From contig JBJCIZ010000282.1 in NCBI GenBank assembly GCA_051294375.1, positions 240,161 to 304,160 on the forward strand: a DNA stretch of 64,000 bases, given 5' to 3'. Within the stretch, counting starts at the first letter, position 1; the number at the start of each line of letters is the position of its first letter. The notes under the pieces are model-generated. The model made no database searches. It was not told the origin of the DNA and worked only from the letters and a program-made list of their open reading frames with translations. This document shows positions 51,101-64,000 of the stretch, piece by piece. A program made the position numbers and the translations under genes. Source of the stretch: Paraspadella gotoi. Lineage: Eukaryota > Animalia > Chaetognatha.

Positions 51101-54100
51101 CTGTCAAATAAACCGCTGAACGGACAGGGGTCACCATCATGATAAGGAGCGTTCTGTCGGCGCGATTTCGTCCGAAGATCAAATAACGCCGACGATCCGA
51201 CGACAAAAATATTCCGATAGTGCAAACGCTCAAACGCCGTTTCAAATCGCTAAACCTCAGCAGCAAAAAAGGTATTTAGCAAAATCGATTCTGCTAAAAG
51301 GTTATCACCGAAATACGCTGTCCGCTGAGGAAGATGTCGCCAAAAAGGCGTTATCAACCATTTGCCTCAAATGTACTTTCCCTGGCAAAAACGCGCATTT
51401 GGCCTCAAAAACGGTGGGTCAAGATTTTTCAGAGACTTAATGGAATGAGATTCTTGACGGCCTTCATTATGTCCTTTTGTATACATCGACGACATCACTC
51501 GTGGCGTCTGAGTACACACCGGACATGAAACTCATGCTTTCCGGCGAGGTTTTCGATCTCCACAGACAAACGGCCTCGTTGTTAAATTCGAAAAAAATGT
51601 GTCCTGCAGAATAAATCGAAACTCCGGGATTTTTTGGGATAGTCGCGTCGAACGCCAATGAAATCTCCCCTCTGCCCAATCAAGTCGGCCACCAATCAAC
51701 AGAGACGACATCCCACCGACATCTCATAAAAGAGTTGGCAGAGATTCCTAGGTGACTAAGTAAACTACATCACAGAACGTTTTTATTCCCAGATCCGCCA
51801 TTAATATTATATCCCCTCTTCAAAGCTGCTGAAAAATGCAAGATCACGCCCACCGTGTCTTAATAAATGGACCCCAGAGTGCCACATAACGGCGTTTGGA
51901 GACCCATAAAGGCGCGTTATCTAAAGCGACAATGCTGCCGGACATATCCTCGGCGCCAAAAAGGGAACGCCACATACTACGCTCTCAACCGTCCGACGCG
52001 GTCAAACACGGCGATAGCGCCGTGTCGACTTGAGCAACAGAGGGTCCTAGGAGGTTGGGAACGCTCTAGCCTTCTTTTTTCGGCGAAACTGGCAAAAACA
52101 ATCAAACAGGTTTGGCTCGTCCATTCAGAAATGCGGGAATTAACTGCACGCGTGGGCGAGCAGATCAGACACTTTCCGACCAATGATCGAAGGGAAGAAA
52201 AATTACTCTATTCACGCGACCAAACAAGTCATTAGTCCCCGTGCCAGCCTTTGAGCAAGAAAAATTCAGGGACCGCACACCGCTTGCCAAACATATCAAC
52301 ATTCGCTGGGCATAGCGGAGTATATCCTAACCCGATTATCCAATACTATGGGCCACGGCAAAGGCCAACTGTGGTCGCTGACTCTCCTCTCTCCCGTCCC
52401 AAAACGTCGAAACGAATCCTGAATGGCTCATTCCATTCATCTTCTTCCTCCGCCCCCACCCTATCCCCCTCTCCCCAAACCTCTTTTCCCTACTTTTCTC
52501 TGCCCCATTCCTTCTCACCGCTCGCCATAGTGGGCGACCATCGACAAGGATCCTGCCCACGGAGAAACGGAAAACTTCAATGCAATTGCCTTCTCAAATT
52601 CTACAACATGGGTCAACCTCGAAAAAATGGCCGTCAATCAACAAACCTCTTCGACGCTGGATTATCGACTGCAGTCAAAGCGACGCCACTCTCGAAAGCC
52701 CTTCGATTGCCACAAAATCCCCATCGGCGGACTTCAATCACAGTCCGAGACGTCAGTAACGGCCCTCCACGTCCGCTTCGTTCCCGTTCTCTGCTGGCGT
52801 CGACAAGTTTTCGGACCATAGTCCACAAATCTCTGGCGCAACCCCTGGAGTTGAGCGAACTCGCCAATACAGTAGCCGAGAAAATTCGTTTCTGGCCACT
52901 CTGGAAATCGAGATTACACGACAGAGGTGATCGAGAGTGGGCTCGAGAGTGGCTTCAAGCATTGTCATGCGAGCCAAGTAACAAACGTCACAGTACCGCG
53001 AGATCGGGACCTTTGAGTTGCCAAGACAAGAGCTTCCAATCAACATCCACATCGATATAGTAACTCTCGCCTCACGTTCAAACCGGAATATAATTACGTC
53101 CTAGCAAGCAAGTCACAGATTCACTCGTGGCCGATCGGCAAGTCCCATAATCAAGGACAATTGCCGCCAAAACCGTCGCCTGGACCAGATGGGTCAACCT
53201 TTCGTACCATGGCTGGGAATAGCCGCTAGTTGATCGGTCGGTCCAGGGTTTCAGCGACTGTGACTACAGATCGAGGATCTCAAAATTTTGTTTTCATCCA
53301 AATCCTGGATAACACAAACGCTTCTAGACTCAAATGTATGTTATATTTCTTGTTCTATCGCACATTTACTAGACGACGAGACAGACGAGCGGTTGTGCGA
53401 CGAGATGAATTAGACATGGGCCCGAGGTCGAATGGACTTTCTGTCGATGAAGGATTCAAGATTCTCGCGCAGGCCTTAAAGGAGTGCTTTCTAGATCGCT
53501 CTTCGAGGCTCCAGATCAGCAAAAGTTGCGGTGAGTTTGATATCTCGGCATAGGACTCCCCTGGCAGAGACCCTTCGCTCTGCTTGCAGAGTCCGCATAG
53601 CTCTAAAACGCAGGACTGTATCGGCGCATTCCCCCTGAGGCACGATTAGTCTGTGACAGACTGCGAGAGACCCATGTAAGCGAAGTCCGCGGAGACCGCT
53701 TCGAGTCCAGGTACCAGGAACCGGAGCTGGACTTGGACCTAGCAGGAGCAGTTCAACACACGTGTCGACAGGAGCACATCAGTACCAATGTTGCCGTTTC
53801 GAAAGTCGGCTCGTACTGACAGGGCCAGTGGCCTAGCCGACGTGCGGACTCTTTGACAACCGCTCGAGGGATACCATCAGTTGCCTAGACAGCTACTCTG
53901 GACCCACGCCTCCAGCACGGGTATTCGCATGTTGACTCTGCGGAAGAGGTCGCGTCCAATGTACACCTCTCAGGCGGCCAGTATAATGGCGGATCCAGTC
54001 TAGATAAGACTTGTCGAGGCCCGTACCAGCGAATCCGTAGTCGCGAGAACGAAATTAACATTCAAAATTACAAAAATCGCCCTCGCTCGCGTCTTGAGGG

Positions 54101-56025
54101 CCAATTGAAAATGTCTCAATCTCAGTCGGCCTCTAAGACGGCCTTCGCAAGGGCGGACGACGTACGCCAGACGATGCGAGTAAGCGCGAGTCCTACGCAG
54201 CGAACCTCCCTCGGCCTCGCCTGCGTCTCCTCGCTCCTCCAGCGCGATGCGGCGCCATTGCAGGAAAGGGAAGCGTGATGTTGGGTGTGTATTCAGGATG
54301 CGGGACGAGTGGTGTCACCCCGGCATAAAGAACTAGTCGGAGTTCCGCTCTCCGCCAGGCATGTCTCCAGTACTCGATCGTCGCGCTCAATCGAGATTTG
54401 TCGCGCACACTCGAAGGTAGATTCGCATAATTATTCCCTGGGCCGTGCGGCGCTCATCGTAGATGGTCAACGAACGTTCTATCCATCCTCCTCCTCCTAC
54501 TGCGCTCCCTCTCTCAACCGGAAACTCTGCCCCCTTCAGAGCCCACCCACGCCCAGTACCGACCCATAATCTCTTTCTCTTCTTCTGATTTTCCCCCTCT
54601 AAAATGCGAATAAACAATTCAAGGAAATGTAAATCAAGAATAAACAATCGAGAAGAACACAACACGAAGCGAACGAGCAAAACCGAAGCAATTCTGAGGC
54701 CAACGACGCCGCGATGCGAAACTCCCTTCGACTCCCGCCCAGCTCGTCCGCTGCATGTATTCTCAGCGACCAACTCCAGAGAATTTCTCAATAAATACGA
54801 TGCAGCGTCACGGATCCCATCCTCCGAGCGTCAATACTCGAATCGACGCTCATACCGCGCACGTACTGGTACCGCCACGTCACTTGCAACAAATCGAAGG
54901 AGCGAGGAAAATTCGAACCATCCAATAAACTTTAGAACGGGTTCAGTCATGTTACAATACTTCATCTATTCAACGCCGCACCTTCTCCAGACAAAACTGT
55001 ATTTTCAAAACTTTGGTAAGTTTTACAGAGTTCATGATATTTTTATAAATCGTTACTAATTTCATTACATTAAATGCCGTTAGAGCCTGAAATTGCCGTT
55101 ATTAAATCTGGCTTACCTGTAATATTCATGCAACACCAAGGTTAAGCGATTCCAATTCGTTATTATTACCGGATCCGGTTACTGGTGGCCATCACCCAGA
55201 TCGTTAATATTTACAAAATCCACACAAGTCAAATCTACATAACGTCCAATAGTTACGCTTTCAAAAGGTTGTACTCGATAATCCTCACATAATTATTTTT
55301 ACTCCTCAGTTTTTGAATTTTTTACTCCGTTTTAACACCCTCAGTGTTATTTTCCTCATTTGTTAAGAAGTCAAGGCTTCCCTGACAAATACTTTTCTAA
55401 GCTATCGAAAACGCTAGATAGCGTATTTTTTAATTTAGCCAACAAAAGACACACGGCGAAAAATATTTTCCCCTGGTATTTTATCTGGGGGGCGTGTAGT
55501 ACTTAATAACGCTGGCACCAAAAAATAGTAATTAAATTATTACCTTAGTAAAACCTGAATTGGAGGTTTGAGGTAAGTATTACCGGTCTGTTCTAATGGG
55601 TGAGTCTCCATCGTCTATCTTGATAAATTAAATATAAAGTGTTGTTATACAATAGGCAGAATGTATGCGATACAGTGAGGATTCAAAAACCAGCGATCTT
55701 TCTGAGCCACATGTCCGCCCCTATCGATGCCCATTTAGCCACGAGGCTCTTTTTGTCGGAAATAATGACCAGAAATCTTCGACGCAGGAGATAAGTATGC
55801 GACTATTTGCTCCAGTCAACTGCTATTTAGACATTTGGTGCATGATATGAGGTTCTGAGACGGAGACACCTTATCGTGCATATCTAATGCGCAAGGTATG
55901 GCTCAGCGCCTTGATTAGCCTAGAACTATTGAGTTTAGTTAAGCAGTTATTGGAATCGACTTGTTGGTTCATAATTTAAATTGTTCCTGTTCCTATCGTG
56001 TGCCAGGGTTATATGCCTTCCTACA
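48104..56025 (+). mobile_element. Ty3/gypsy LTR retrotransposon (CsRn1-like) in very error-rich sequence
   Basis: Related direct repeats at ~48104-48657 and 55495-56025 (both end GTGCCAGGGTTAT..GCCTT.CTACA). PPT GGGGGGCG at ~55487. RT remnants GLKN..Q.FQRLM and FVYIDDI at 51400-51500, RNase H DASNTAI..W.PLAFFS at 51990-52090, integrase-like sequence ~52800-53700. Confidence 0.8.
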
Positions 56026-56260
56026 GGGCCCGTGATTGATGCATCGGAAGGCCCCGTAAGGGTTAGGGTTGAGGCATGGAGATGTACGGGAGGCGCCAGA
56101 CCCGGGTTAGGGTTAGGGGAGAGGCAAAGAGTTGAATGGAAGGCCCCCGGTTTAGGTTAGGGTTGGGGGAGGGGGCCCGTTTAGTTGATGTGTTTGAAGG
56201 CGGTTAGGGTTTTAAATGGGAGGTCTGGTTTAGGGTTAGGGTTGAGAGAGGAGCCGTGGT
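56026..56260 (+). repeat. Continuation of the TTAGGG-module minisatellite after the LTR element
   Basis: GGGTTAGGGTTGAGGCATGGAGATGTACGGGAGG and related modules. Confidence 0.85.
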
Positions 56261-56752
56261 GAATGTGTACATTAAAAGGCGGAACAGAATTGACGGCTAA
56301 TGAGATGGATAGGCCAGTCTATCAAATACATAGTTTTGGTGTGTGCAAATAGTTTAATGCTTCGATGAGAAACAAAAGATTTTTATAAAATATATCTAAT
56401 CTGTGTGAGCAGGCGCAACTCATTTTATTTATCGAGTTTGTTACGTGTCCGTAAATTTCTCTGATTTCTCGTTCTGCTGAGTTGGCAGAAATAGGTTCAA
56501 CGTGACTTTGGCTTCTATAGAAAAATTAAAGCACATAGCGAATAGGTTAGGGTTGCTCACTAAAATTTGAAATTAATTCAAATTTTTTTAAAATATTTTT
56601 TTTATTTGAATACATAACAATTTTAAAAACTGTATAGATAAAGCATGACATAAACTTTAAAAAGATTAAGGCAAACAAATAAATGAGTTAAGATTTAAGA
56701 CAATGAAATTACAAACAAAATGAATTTTCGTCACAAACAAAAAATTAAACGT

Positions 56753-59700
56753 TTAAACGTTTCCAAGCAGCCCCGCGAAATCTCTCTTTGTTTCAGCCTT
56801 GGGAAGTGATTCCCTCGATTCCATTCGTGCGCGCAAATAATTGTTTCTTTCATTATGGCCAGCAATTTTACCACAAACATCCGTCAAATCGCGAATCATT
56901 CGCTCGACAGATTGGGTGTGAGACGGAAAATGCGGAATATTCAATTTGTTCAGAATCAAATCCTGCAGATCGGAGATTGTGAGGTCGCAGGTGAGGACTG
57001 GTTCGTAAATTGTTATCGAATCCCAATCAATTAGTTCGGCAATAGTTTCCGCCTTGGAGGTGAGAAGGGGAGGAACAAACTTTTCTGACCGATTTATCCC
57101 GGAATCATTCCCTTGACGGGAGAGCAATGATTTTTTCCGACGGCAAATGCGCGAAGATCGGGATTGTCGTCGCAGAGCAAACTGACGAGGAGGTTTTCCG
57201 GGTGAGCGTTCCAAGACTTAATATAGGGGAAACGATATCTCTGGTTGACTGAGGAAGTAGACGGAAGACGTTGTATTTGGAATAGGGTGTGATTTGCAGC
57301 ATCGGCAATATGCGGGCGAGATTTAATTGAGAACCAAGAAGCAGCATAATTTGTAAGTGAATAAAAAACTAATTTGTAGAGATTGGCTTTAATCTTTCCT
57401 TAAAAGGGTGTTTCGAGAGATAAAGCCGGCCCAAACGGCAAGCCAAAGTCAACACCAGCGTGAATGCGAGATCGGGCCAGGCTTCAGATTTTTAATTTGA
57501 GGTTCAATTGTTCCCGCTTTGAATAGATTTAGCGACGAAGGTAGAGATATTTTTTGGTCGGAAGATAAATCCGAAAGTATCTCTTCTTTCAACAGAAAAA
57601 TTTCAGGACCATTAGAAATTGGAACGAATTTTTCATTCCAATCCAGAGGTTTATACGGTAGGCAAAGCTTTTCCAATTGGTCCTTTGAAAGAATTATTGC
57701 CTGTAGTTGGGCCATCAATAGCTTGAAAAAGGTGGCGCAGACCAAGTTCATTGGTGGTGTAAGCTGCAGATGGCCCAATGAACTTTTTTCCTGGCGATGG
57801 TCCTCGATCTTTTTCACAATCCCGCCAATTGGACCGGTATTGACGGCGGTAGAATCAACGCCGACGACTTTTAAATCCTTTGTGAGGTTATACTCATCAA
57901 GGAATCGCAGGATTGCGTCGGATGTTGGTCCAGCAGCTTTTCCCGTAGGCGTTACATGAGTGAGAAACTTCCCATCTGGCTGAGACACCAAAACGATATG
58001 CTCCTTTTTTTCTTTTTTCTGACGACGCACACGTTTTCTTCTACCACCTCCAATGTCTCAATTTCCTTTCCGTCGAAATAAACGCCCTCCACCAAGTCTT
58101 GCCTTTAATCTTTGTTCTTCTTTCACGCTGCAGTTTTTGGCGAACTTTTTTCTTTTCACGACGAATACGCTCACGATCGATGACACATGAGAGGTCGTCG
58201 GAAGTGACGATGGCCAAAGTCGAATGAGGAACGGCGGTGGCGATCGCTGCGGTTAAACGATCCGACGCTCCCCATCGCATCGCCTCACGCGCCGTCGTCG
58301 GGTAGAGGAGGGATTCGATACGAGTCCTCTGAAAAGGGTTTATTAATTAATGATAATGCTTGATGTTATGCTTAATTTGTCAGTTATAAAAGTTAGACTA
58401 CTATTTTAATCTAAAAACACGATAAGTATTACAATCACTAAAATTACATATTCATGCAAGGTCATTCTATAAAACTACAAAGACTATTATTTAAAACTAC
58501 TTCACACTTGAAATGGATTTATTGAAATAATACCTTTGTTTAAAAGGTTTAACGGATCCAGCTGTTAAAAATGCTTAAAAGTTGAAGTACAGAAGTATTA
58601 ACATTTTTTCTTTATAAGATTTTTTACCCTTTGAGATTAAATTCTATTTCATCCCGCGTTGAAGGTTCTTCTTCAATCAAGATTTCGCTGAGTTGCTCTT
58701 GACGCCAGATTTTGTCCTCCTCCCTTGTCCTCTCAATAACTTTGGCGGAATGGTTTTCTTTTAAAAACTCTTCACGCGAGCCTACAAAATAAAGCAAATG
58801 GCGGATAAAAAATAATCATACTTAGTAATAATAAAAATAAAAAGTTCTAATTTTTAATGATTAAAAGGCAGAAGTTTTTTTAAATGTTTACAAATAAATA
58901 ATTATTAATCTTCAAATACAGACATGTTTCGGCTTTAGTACAAAAGTAATAAAGCTGAAAATATATCCGTGTTTGAAAATTAAAAATTCGTTATTTATAA
59001 ACATTTTAAAGGAACCTCAGACTATCAATATCAAACGCGATGAAAAAGAAAGAAAATATACAATGTCTAAAATTTATTGAAATATATCTGAGAGATTAAG
59101 GTAAGTAAAACGTTAACAATGTAAAAAGCAGAGAGAATGACTGAAATTTAAAAAAAAAAATACTTATTTAAGAAGTTACCTTTCGCGCCTCGATTTTTTT
59201 CAGTTTTTTGCTCGTTGGAATGTCAATTCGACCAATTTGCAGACGGGGGAGATGAGAATGGCGATGACGTTGCGCAAAAATAAATTCGCGCTCGGCAAGT
59301 GGAATCTTATCGTGAAGGGCGCAGTTGCAGTCCACGTGAACGTTGTCTTCCCCATCTCTTTCCATCGGACATTGGCAAATTAAAACCTCGAAAACTTGAT
59401 CGAGTTTTGAGACAAAATATTTTTGTTTGGAATCCAGAGAACTACTTCGTTGGTAGTATCTCTGCTTCTCGCGAGCTCGCTTTACTTTTATCGCGATTGA
59501 GAAAGTGTTGAAGAGAGCAAGCGATGTACTTGCTCGACCGTAAACATGGACGATCTCTTTCGCGACGTCTTCAAAAAGGCAAAAATCGACAGATCGACCC
59601 TTCTCCTGTAACCATTGATGCTTTGGGTTAAAAATATGTAATTAAACATTGAAATAAAAAATATTTTAACCTGGAGTAATGATACATAAGCCAAAACGTC

Positions 59701-59808
59701 GCGTAAAGTTGGCAAATCGGAAAGCGGCAAAGTCTTCGATGGGCCAATAAGCGAACTTGAGCCGCTTCGTGAATTTGGACGTTTTTTACTGTTTTTAATT
59801 TTGGGCAT
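56753..59808 (-). pseudogene. Intron-containing hAT-like DDE transposase, family 2, copy A (many 1-nt indels)
   Basis: MPKIK..LPTLRDVLAY exon 1, intron 59606-59670, DCNC..KIP exon, then SDRLTAAIATAV, VGVDSTAVNTG, HSRW and HTQSVERMIR. Homologous to 3600-6603. Confidence 0.85.
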
Positions 59809-59911
59809 TATTCTTAATTCAATATCGAAAAATATTTGAATAATTAAAATATTTTAGGCAAGAAGCTGTTTTTCGACTAAAAATATTTTCTTCGGAGAAT
59901 AAGCGGTCTAA

Positions 59912-59957
59912 CCTGATTGGATCTCATCCTCCCGATTCCGCTTCGAGGACCAATCAC
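59912..59957. promoter_or_regulatory. CCAAT boxes upstream of the transposase ATG (counterpart GACCAATCAG at ~3457 upstream of the other family)
   Basis: CTGATTGG and GACCAATCA lie ~105-150 bp upstream of ATG 59808. The copy upstream of ATG 3600 has similar spacing. Confidence 0.35.
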
Positions 59958-60669
59958 ATCAAAGCTTTTTTTTATTTTTTGGGCGGCAAAATTTAATAGA
60001 AATTAACAATTTAGGAACGGAAAGCTTTATGTAACCTGTCATTCAGAATGCTTTCGTGCGTCAAACTGTTCAATATTTTTTAATTTATTTTTTTGTTTTT
60101 GAACATTTTTTTTCGAACAGTTAATCAATATATTTTTGATAGACCTTTTAGTTTTGACTTTGTTTCCGCCTTACTGATCAATCTACGAAAACGGATTCTT
60201 GGGAAAGAGGTTTTCTTTTTCTTTTTTCCTTTTTCTTTTTTCTTTTCCGTTTCTTCTTTTTTCTTTTCTTTTTTAGGATTTCGAGTTCGTGGTAAGAAGT
60301 AGCGGATTAAAAAAAGTACATTAATCGAAGTGAGAAACGTAAAAGTTACGGGTCGTTAGCTTTTTAAAATCATTTTTCCTTTTTTGATCTTTTTTTCAAG
60401 GAAAGAAGAAAAAAATTGTTTAAAGAGAAACTGCACATCTAAAAAAAAAATTTTATGAAAATTGTGAAGGTTAATCAGAGCCCTTATTTAACTTTAGATA
60501 GAAACAAGTGGATAACACTTATTTAGATCATTAATATATATAACTTAGTGTGTGTTAAAGATAGTGACGNNNNNNNNNNNNNNNNNNNNNNNNNNNNNNN
60601 NNNNNNNNNNNNNNNNNNNNNNNNNNNNNNNNNNNNNNNNNNNNNNNNNNNNNNNNNNNNNNNNNNNNN

Positions 60670-63028
60670 GAATCATTCCCTTGACGGAGAGCAATGATTT
60701 TTCCGACGGCAAATGCGCGAAGATCGGGATTGTCGTCGCAGAGCAAACTGACGAGCAGGTTTTCCGGGTGAGCGTTCCAAGACTTAATATACGGGGAAAC
60801 GATATCTCTGGTTGACTGAGGAAGTAGACGAAGACGTTGTATTTGGAATAGGGTGTGATTTGCAGCATCGGCAATATGCGGGCGAGATTTAATTGAGAAC
60901 CAAGAAGCAGCATAATTTGTAAGTGAATAAAAAACTAATTTGTAGAGATTGGCTTTAATCTTTCCCTTAAAAGGGTGTTTCGAGAGATAAAGCCGGCCCA
61001 AACGGCAAGCCAAAGTCAACCAGCGTGAATGCGAGATCGGGCCAGGCTTCAGATTTTTAATTTGAGGTTCAATTGTTCCGCTTTGAATAGATTTAGCGAC
61101 GAGGTAGAGATATTTTTGGTCGGAAGATAAATCCGAAAGTATCTCTTCTTTCAACAGAAAAATTTCAGGACCATTAGAAATTGGAACGAATTTTTCATTC
61201 CAATCCAGAGTTTCTACGGTAGGCAAAGCTTTTCCAATTGGTCCTTTGAAAGAATTATTGCCTGTAGTTGGGCCATCAATAGCTTGAAAAAGGTGGCGCA
61301 GACCAAGTTCATTGGTGTGTAAGCTGCAGATGGCCCAATGAACTTTTTCCTGGCGATGGTCCTCGATCTTTTTCACAATCCCGCCAATTGGACCGGTATT
61401 GACGGCGGTAGAATCAACGCCGACGACTTTTAAATCCTTTGTGAGGTTATACTCATCAAGGAATCGCAGGATTGCGTCGGATGTTGGTCCAGCAGCTTTT
61501 CCCGTAGGCGTTACATGAGTGAGAAACTTCCCATCTGGCTGAGACACCAAAACGATATGCTCCTTTTTTTCTTTTTTCTGACGACGCACACCGTTTTCTT
61601 CTACCACCTCCAATGTCTCAATTTCCTTTCCGTCGAAATAAACGCCCTCCACCAAGTCTTCCTTTAATCTTTGTTCTTCTTTCACGCTGCAGTTTTTGCG
61701 AACTTTTTTCTTTTCACGACGAATACGCTCACGATCGATGACACATGAGAGGTCGTCGGAAGTGACGATGCCAAAGTCGATGAGGACGGCGGTGGCGATC
61801 GCTGCGGTTAAACGATCCGACGCTCCCCATCGCATCGCCTCACGCGCCGTCGTCGGTAGAGGAGGGATTCGATACGAGTCCTCTGAAAAGGGTTTATTAA
61901 TTAATGATAATGCTTGATGTTATGCTTAATTTGTCAGTTATAAAAGTTAGATACTATTTTAATCTAAAAAACACGATAAGTATTACAATCACTAAAAATT
62001 ACATATTCATGCAAGGTCATTCTATAAACTACAAAGACTATTATTTAAAACTACTTCACACTTGAAAATGGATTATTGAAATAATACCTTTGTTTAAAAG
62101 GTTTAACGGATCCAGCTGTTAAAAATGCTTAAAAGTTGAANNNNNNNNNNNNTACATTTTTTCTTTATAAGATTTTTTACCTTTGAGATTAAATTCTATT
62201 TCATCCCGCGTTGAAGGTTCTTCTTCAATCAAGATTTCGCTGAGTTGCTCTTGACGCCAGATTTTGTCCTCCTCCTTGTCCTCAATAACTTTGGCGGAAT
62301 NNNNNNNNNNTAAAAACTCTTCACGAGCCTACAAAATAAAGCAAATGGCGGATAAAAATAATCATACTTAGTAATAATAAAATAAAAAGTTCTAATTTTT
62401 AATGATTAAAAGGCAGAAGTTTTTTTAAATGTTTACAAATAAATAATTATTAATCTTCAAATACAGACATGTTTCGGCTTTAGTACAAAAGTAATAAAGC
62501 TGAAATATATCCGTGTTTGAAAATTAAAAATTCGTTATTTATAAACATTTTAAAGGAACCTCAGACTATCAATATCAAACGCGATGAAAAAGAAAGAAAA
62601 TATACAATGTCTAAAATTTTTATTGAATATATCTGTAGAGATTAAGGTAAAGTAAACCGTTTAACAATGGTAAAAAGCAGAGAAGAATGACTGAAATTTT
62701 TAAAAAAAAATACTTGTATTTAAGAAGTTCCTTTTCCGGGCGCCTCGATTGTTTTCAGTTTTTTGCCTCGTCGTGGGAATGTCAATTCGACCAATTTGCA
62801 GACTGGGGAGATGAGAATGGGCGATGACGCCATTGCGCAAAAATAAATTTCTGCGCTCGGAAGTGGAAGTCTTATCGTGAAGGGCGCAGTTGCAGTCCAC
62901 CGTGAACGTGTCTTTCCCCATCTCTTTCCATCGGACATTGGCAAATTTAAAACCGTCGAAATACTTTGAGTCGAGTTTGAGACAAAATATTTTTGTTTGG
63001 AATCAAGAACTACTTCGTGGTAGTATCG
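60670..63028 (-). CDS. hAT-like DDE transposase, family 2, copy B (core exon open, 3' end in a gap, exon 1 absent)
   Basis: ORF 60555-61835 with YFDG, VGVDST, CSLHTNEL.LRH, HSRWLT and NAHPEN. Near-identical to 57101-59460. Confidence 0.85.
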
Positions 63029-64000
63029 TATGGAGTCTTACGTCGTTCTAGAAATCTGAGGAAAGACTTTTTCAATTGGAGATTTTCGTTAAAATGCTGC
63101 TACCAATATAATGTCAACGCCCCGTGGAAAACCAGATAAAAAAATAGATGTAAAAACACTCGATTTCCGATCCTTTACAATCTCAAGGGCTCGCATTTTT
63201 TTTTTCTCTTGACAAATAACCATCTTCTTTTGACATCAAAACCATTCAGATTCAAATGACTTGGTCCGCTCGGGAAAAATTATTTTCCATGCTATTTTTA
63301 TATATAAAATAAAGGATTGTCTTAACTTCAATTACAATTCAACGCATTTAAGGTATGTTGTTCATTTTACAATAAACTGTTCAAATTCAGTTAATTCCGA
63401 TAAGCTTATGTCTGAAGGGCTCGCCAAAATTTTCTATTTTCTTGTATTTAGTTCATTCGTACATATCTAAACGCGTCAGGTTAAAGTGAAATAGTCCAGT
63501 ATTATCGCGGAAAATTTTATTTAACATAAAAATAAAGAAGCAGAAGAATGCAAATTTTATTTTAATACTAAACTAAAGGAAATCTTTGTTCAGTCAGGTT
63601 ACGTAGCAAAAAACGATGATTCTTTTTTTCCCTGTTTATCTTGAATCAGCTGACAAGTGCAAGAGCGGCTCGTGGGACTTAAAGCGACAGCAGCAGTGGC
63701 CTCAGGAGTCGGGGCAGAGTTGCCACGCAGCAGTATAATCGCGCCTTGGATGGATCGGATCGGAACGGTGTTCATCCGCGGTGCCGAGTTCAACTGGCCG
63801 GTCAAGAAATATTTTGGTCTCCTTGACAAAGTATCACGATGGGTCATGGCCTTGAACTGATATAAGTGGCACGTGGAAGATCCGGATTTTCTTTCTCGAC
63901 GACCCCGCCGAATTTGTCTCGGGACTGCGCCCGCAATGCACCGACCGCGCTGCTCCAAGCCCTGCAGTGCGAGATAGATGCCCTGCCACCGGTCAACGGG

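Noticed and set aside
48825-55059. Numerous short ORFs, including 269 aa at 52251
   Set aside because: Out-of-frame products of an error-rich gypsy gag-pol sequence.
58918-58960. Hammerhead remnant (minus strand GCCGAAACATGTCTG; also ~62465) in a transposase intron
   Set aside because: No CTGANGA half is present.
63599-64000. GC-richer ORF-like sequence at the window edge
   Set aside because: No recognisable motif and truncated by the window.

Overview
AT-rich eukaryotic (probably invertebrate) genomic DNA made almost entirely of nested transposable elements. It also has N-gaps and several indel-rich stretches that look like poorly polished long-read sequence. Contents: (i) three Ty3/gypsy LTR retrotransposons. 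One is full length (24713-31565) with LTRs, a 4-bp TSD, a tRNA-Trp PBS and a PPT. One is split by a DNA transposon. One noisy copy sits inside a TTAGGG-containing satellite. (ii) Three copies, from two families, of an intron-containing hAT-like DDE transposase. (iii) A Penelope-like retroelement of Naiad type (N-terminal GIY-YIG, CxC linker, C-terminal RT) in partial-tandem (pseudo-LTR) form, with a hAT MITE inserted in the upstream copy. (iv) Helentron-associated (DINE-1/HINE-like) non-autonomous elements. (v) Fold-back elements built from telomere-like CCCTAA/TTAGGG modules, and a ~4.1-kb near-perfect palindrome. (vi) A few probable exons of an Ala-rich host gene. The best novelty candidate is a ~107-nt structured RNA in the Naiad pseudo-LTR (42141-42247, second copy 35213-35320). 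It carries all hammerhead core nucleotides and helices in a scrambled, non-canonical strand order, in a clade reported to lack canonical hammerheads. All calls are by eye; no searches or folding programs were run.
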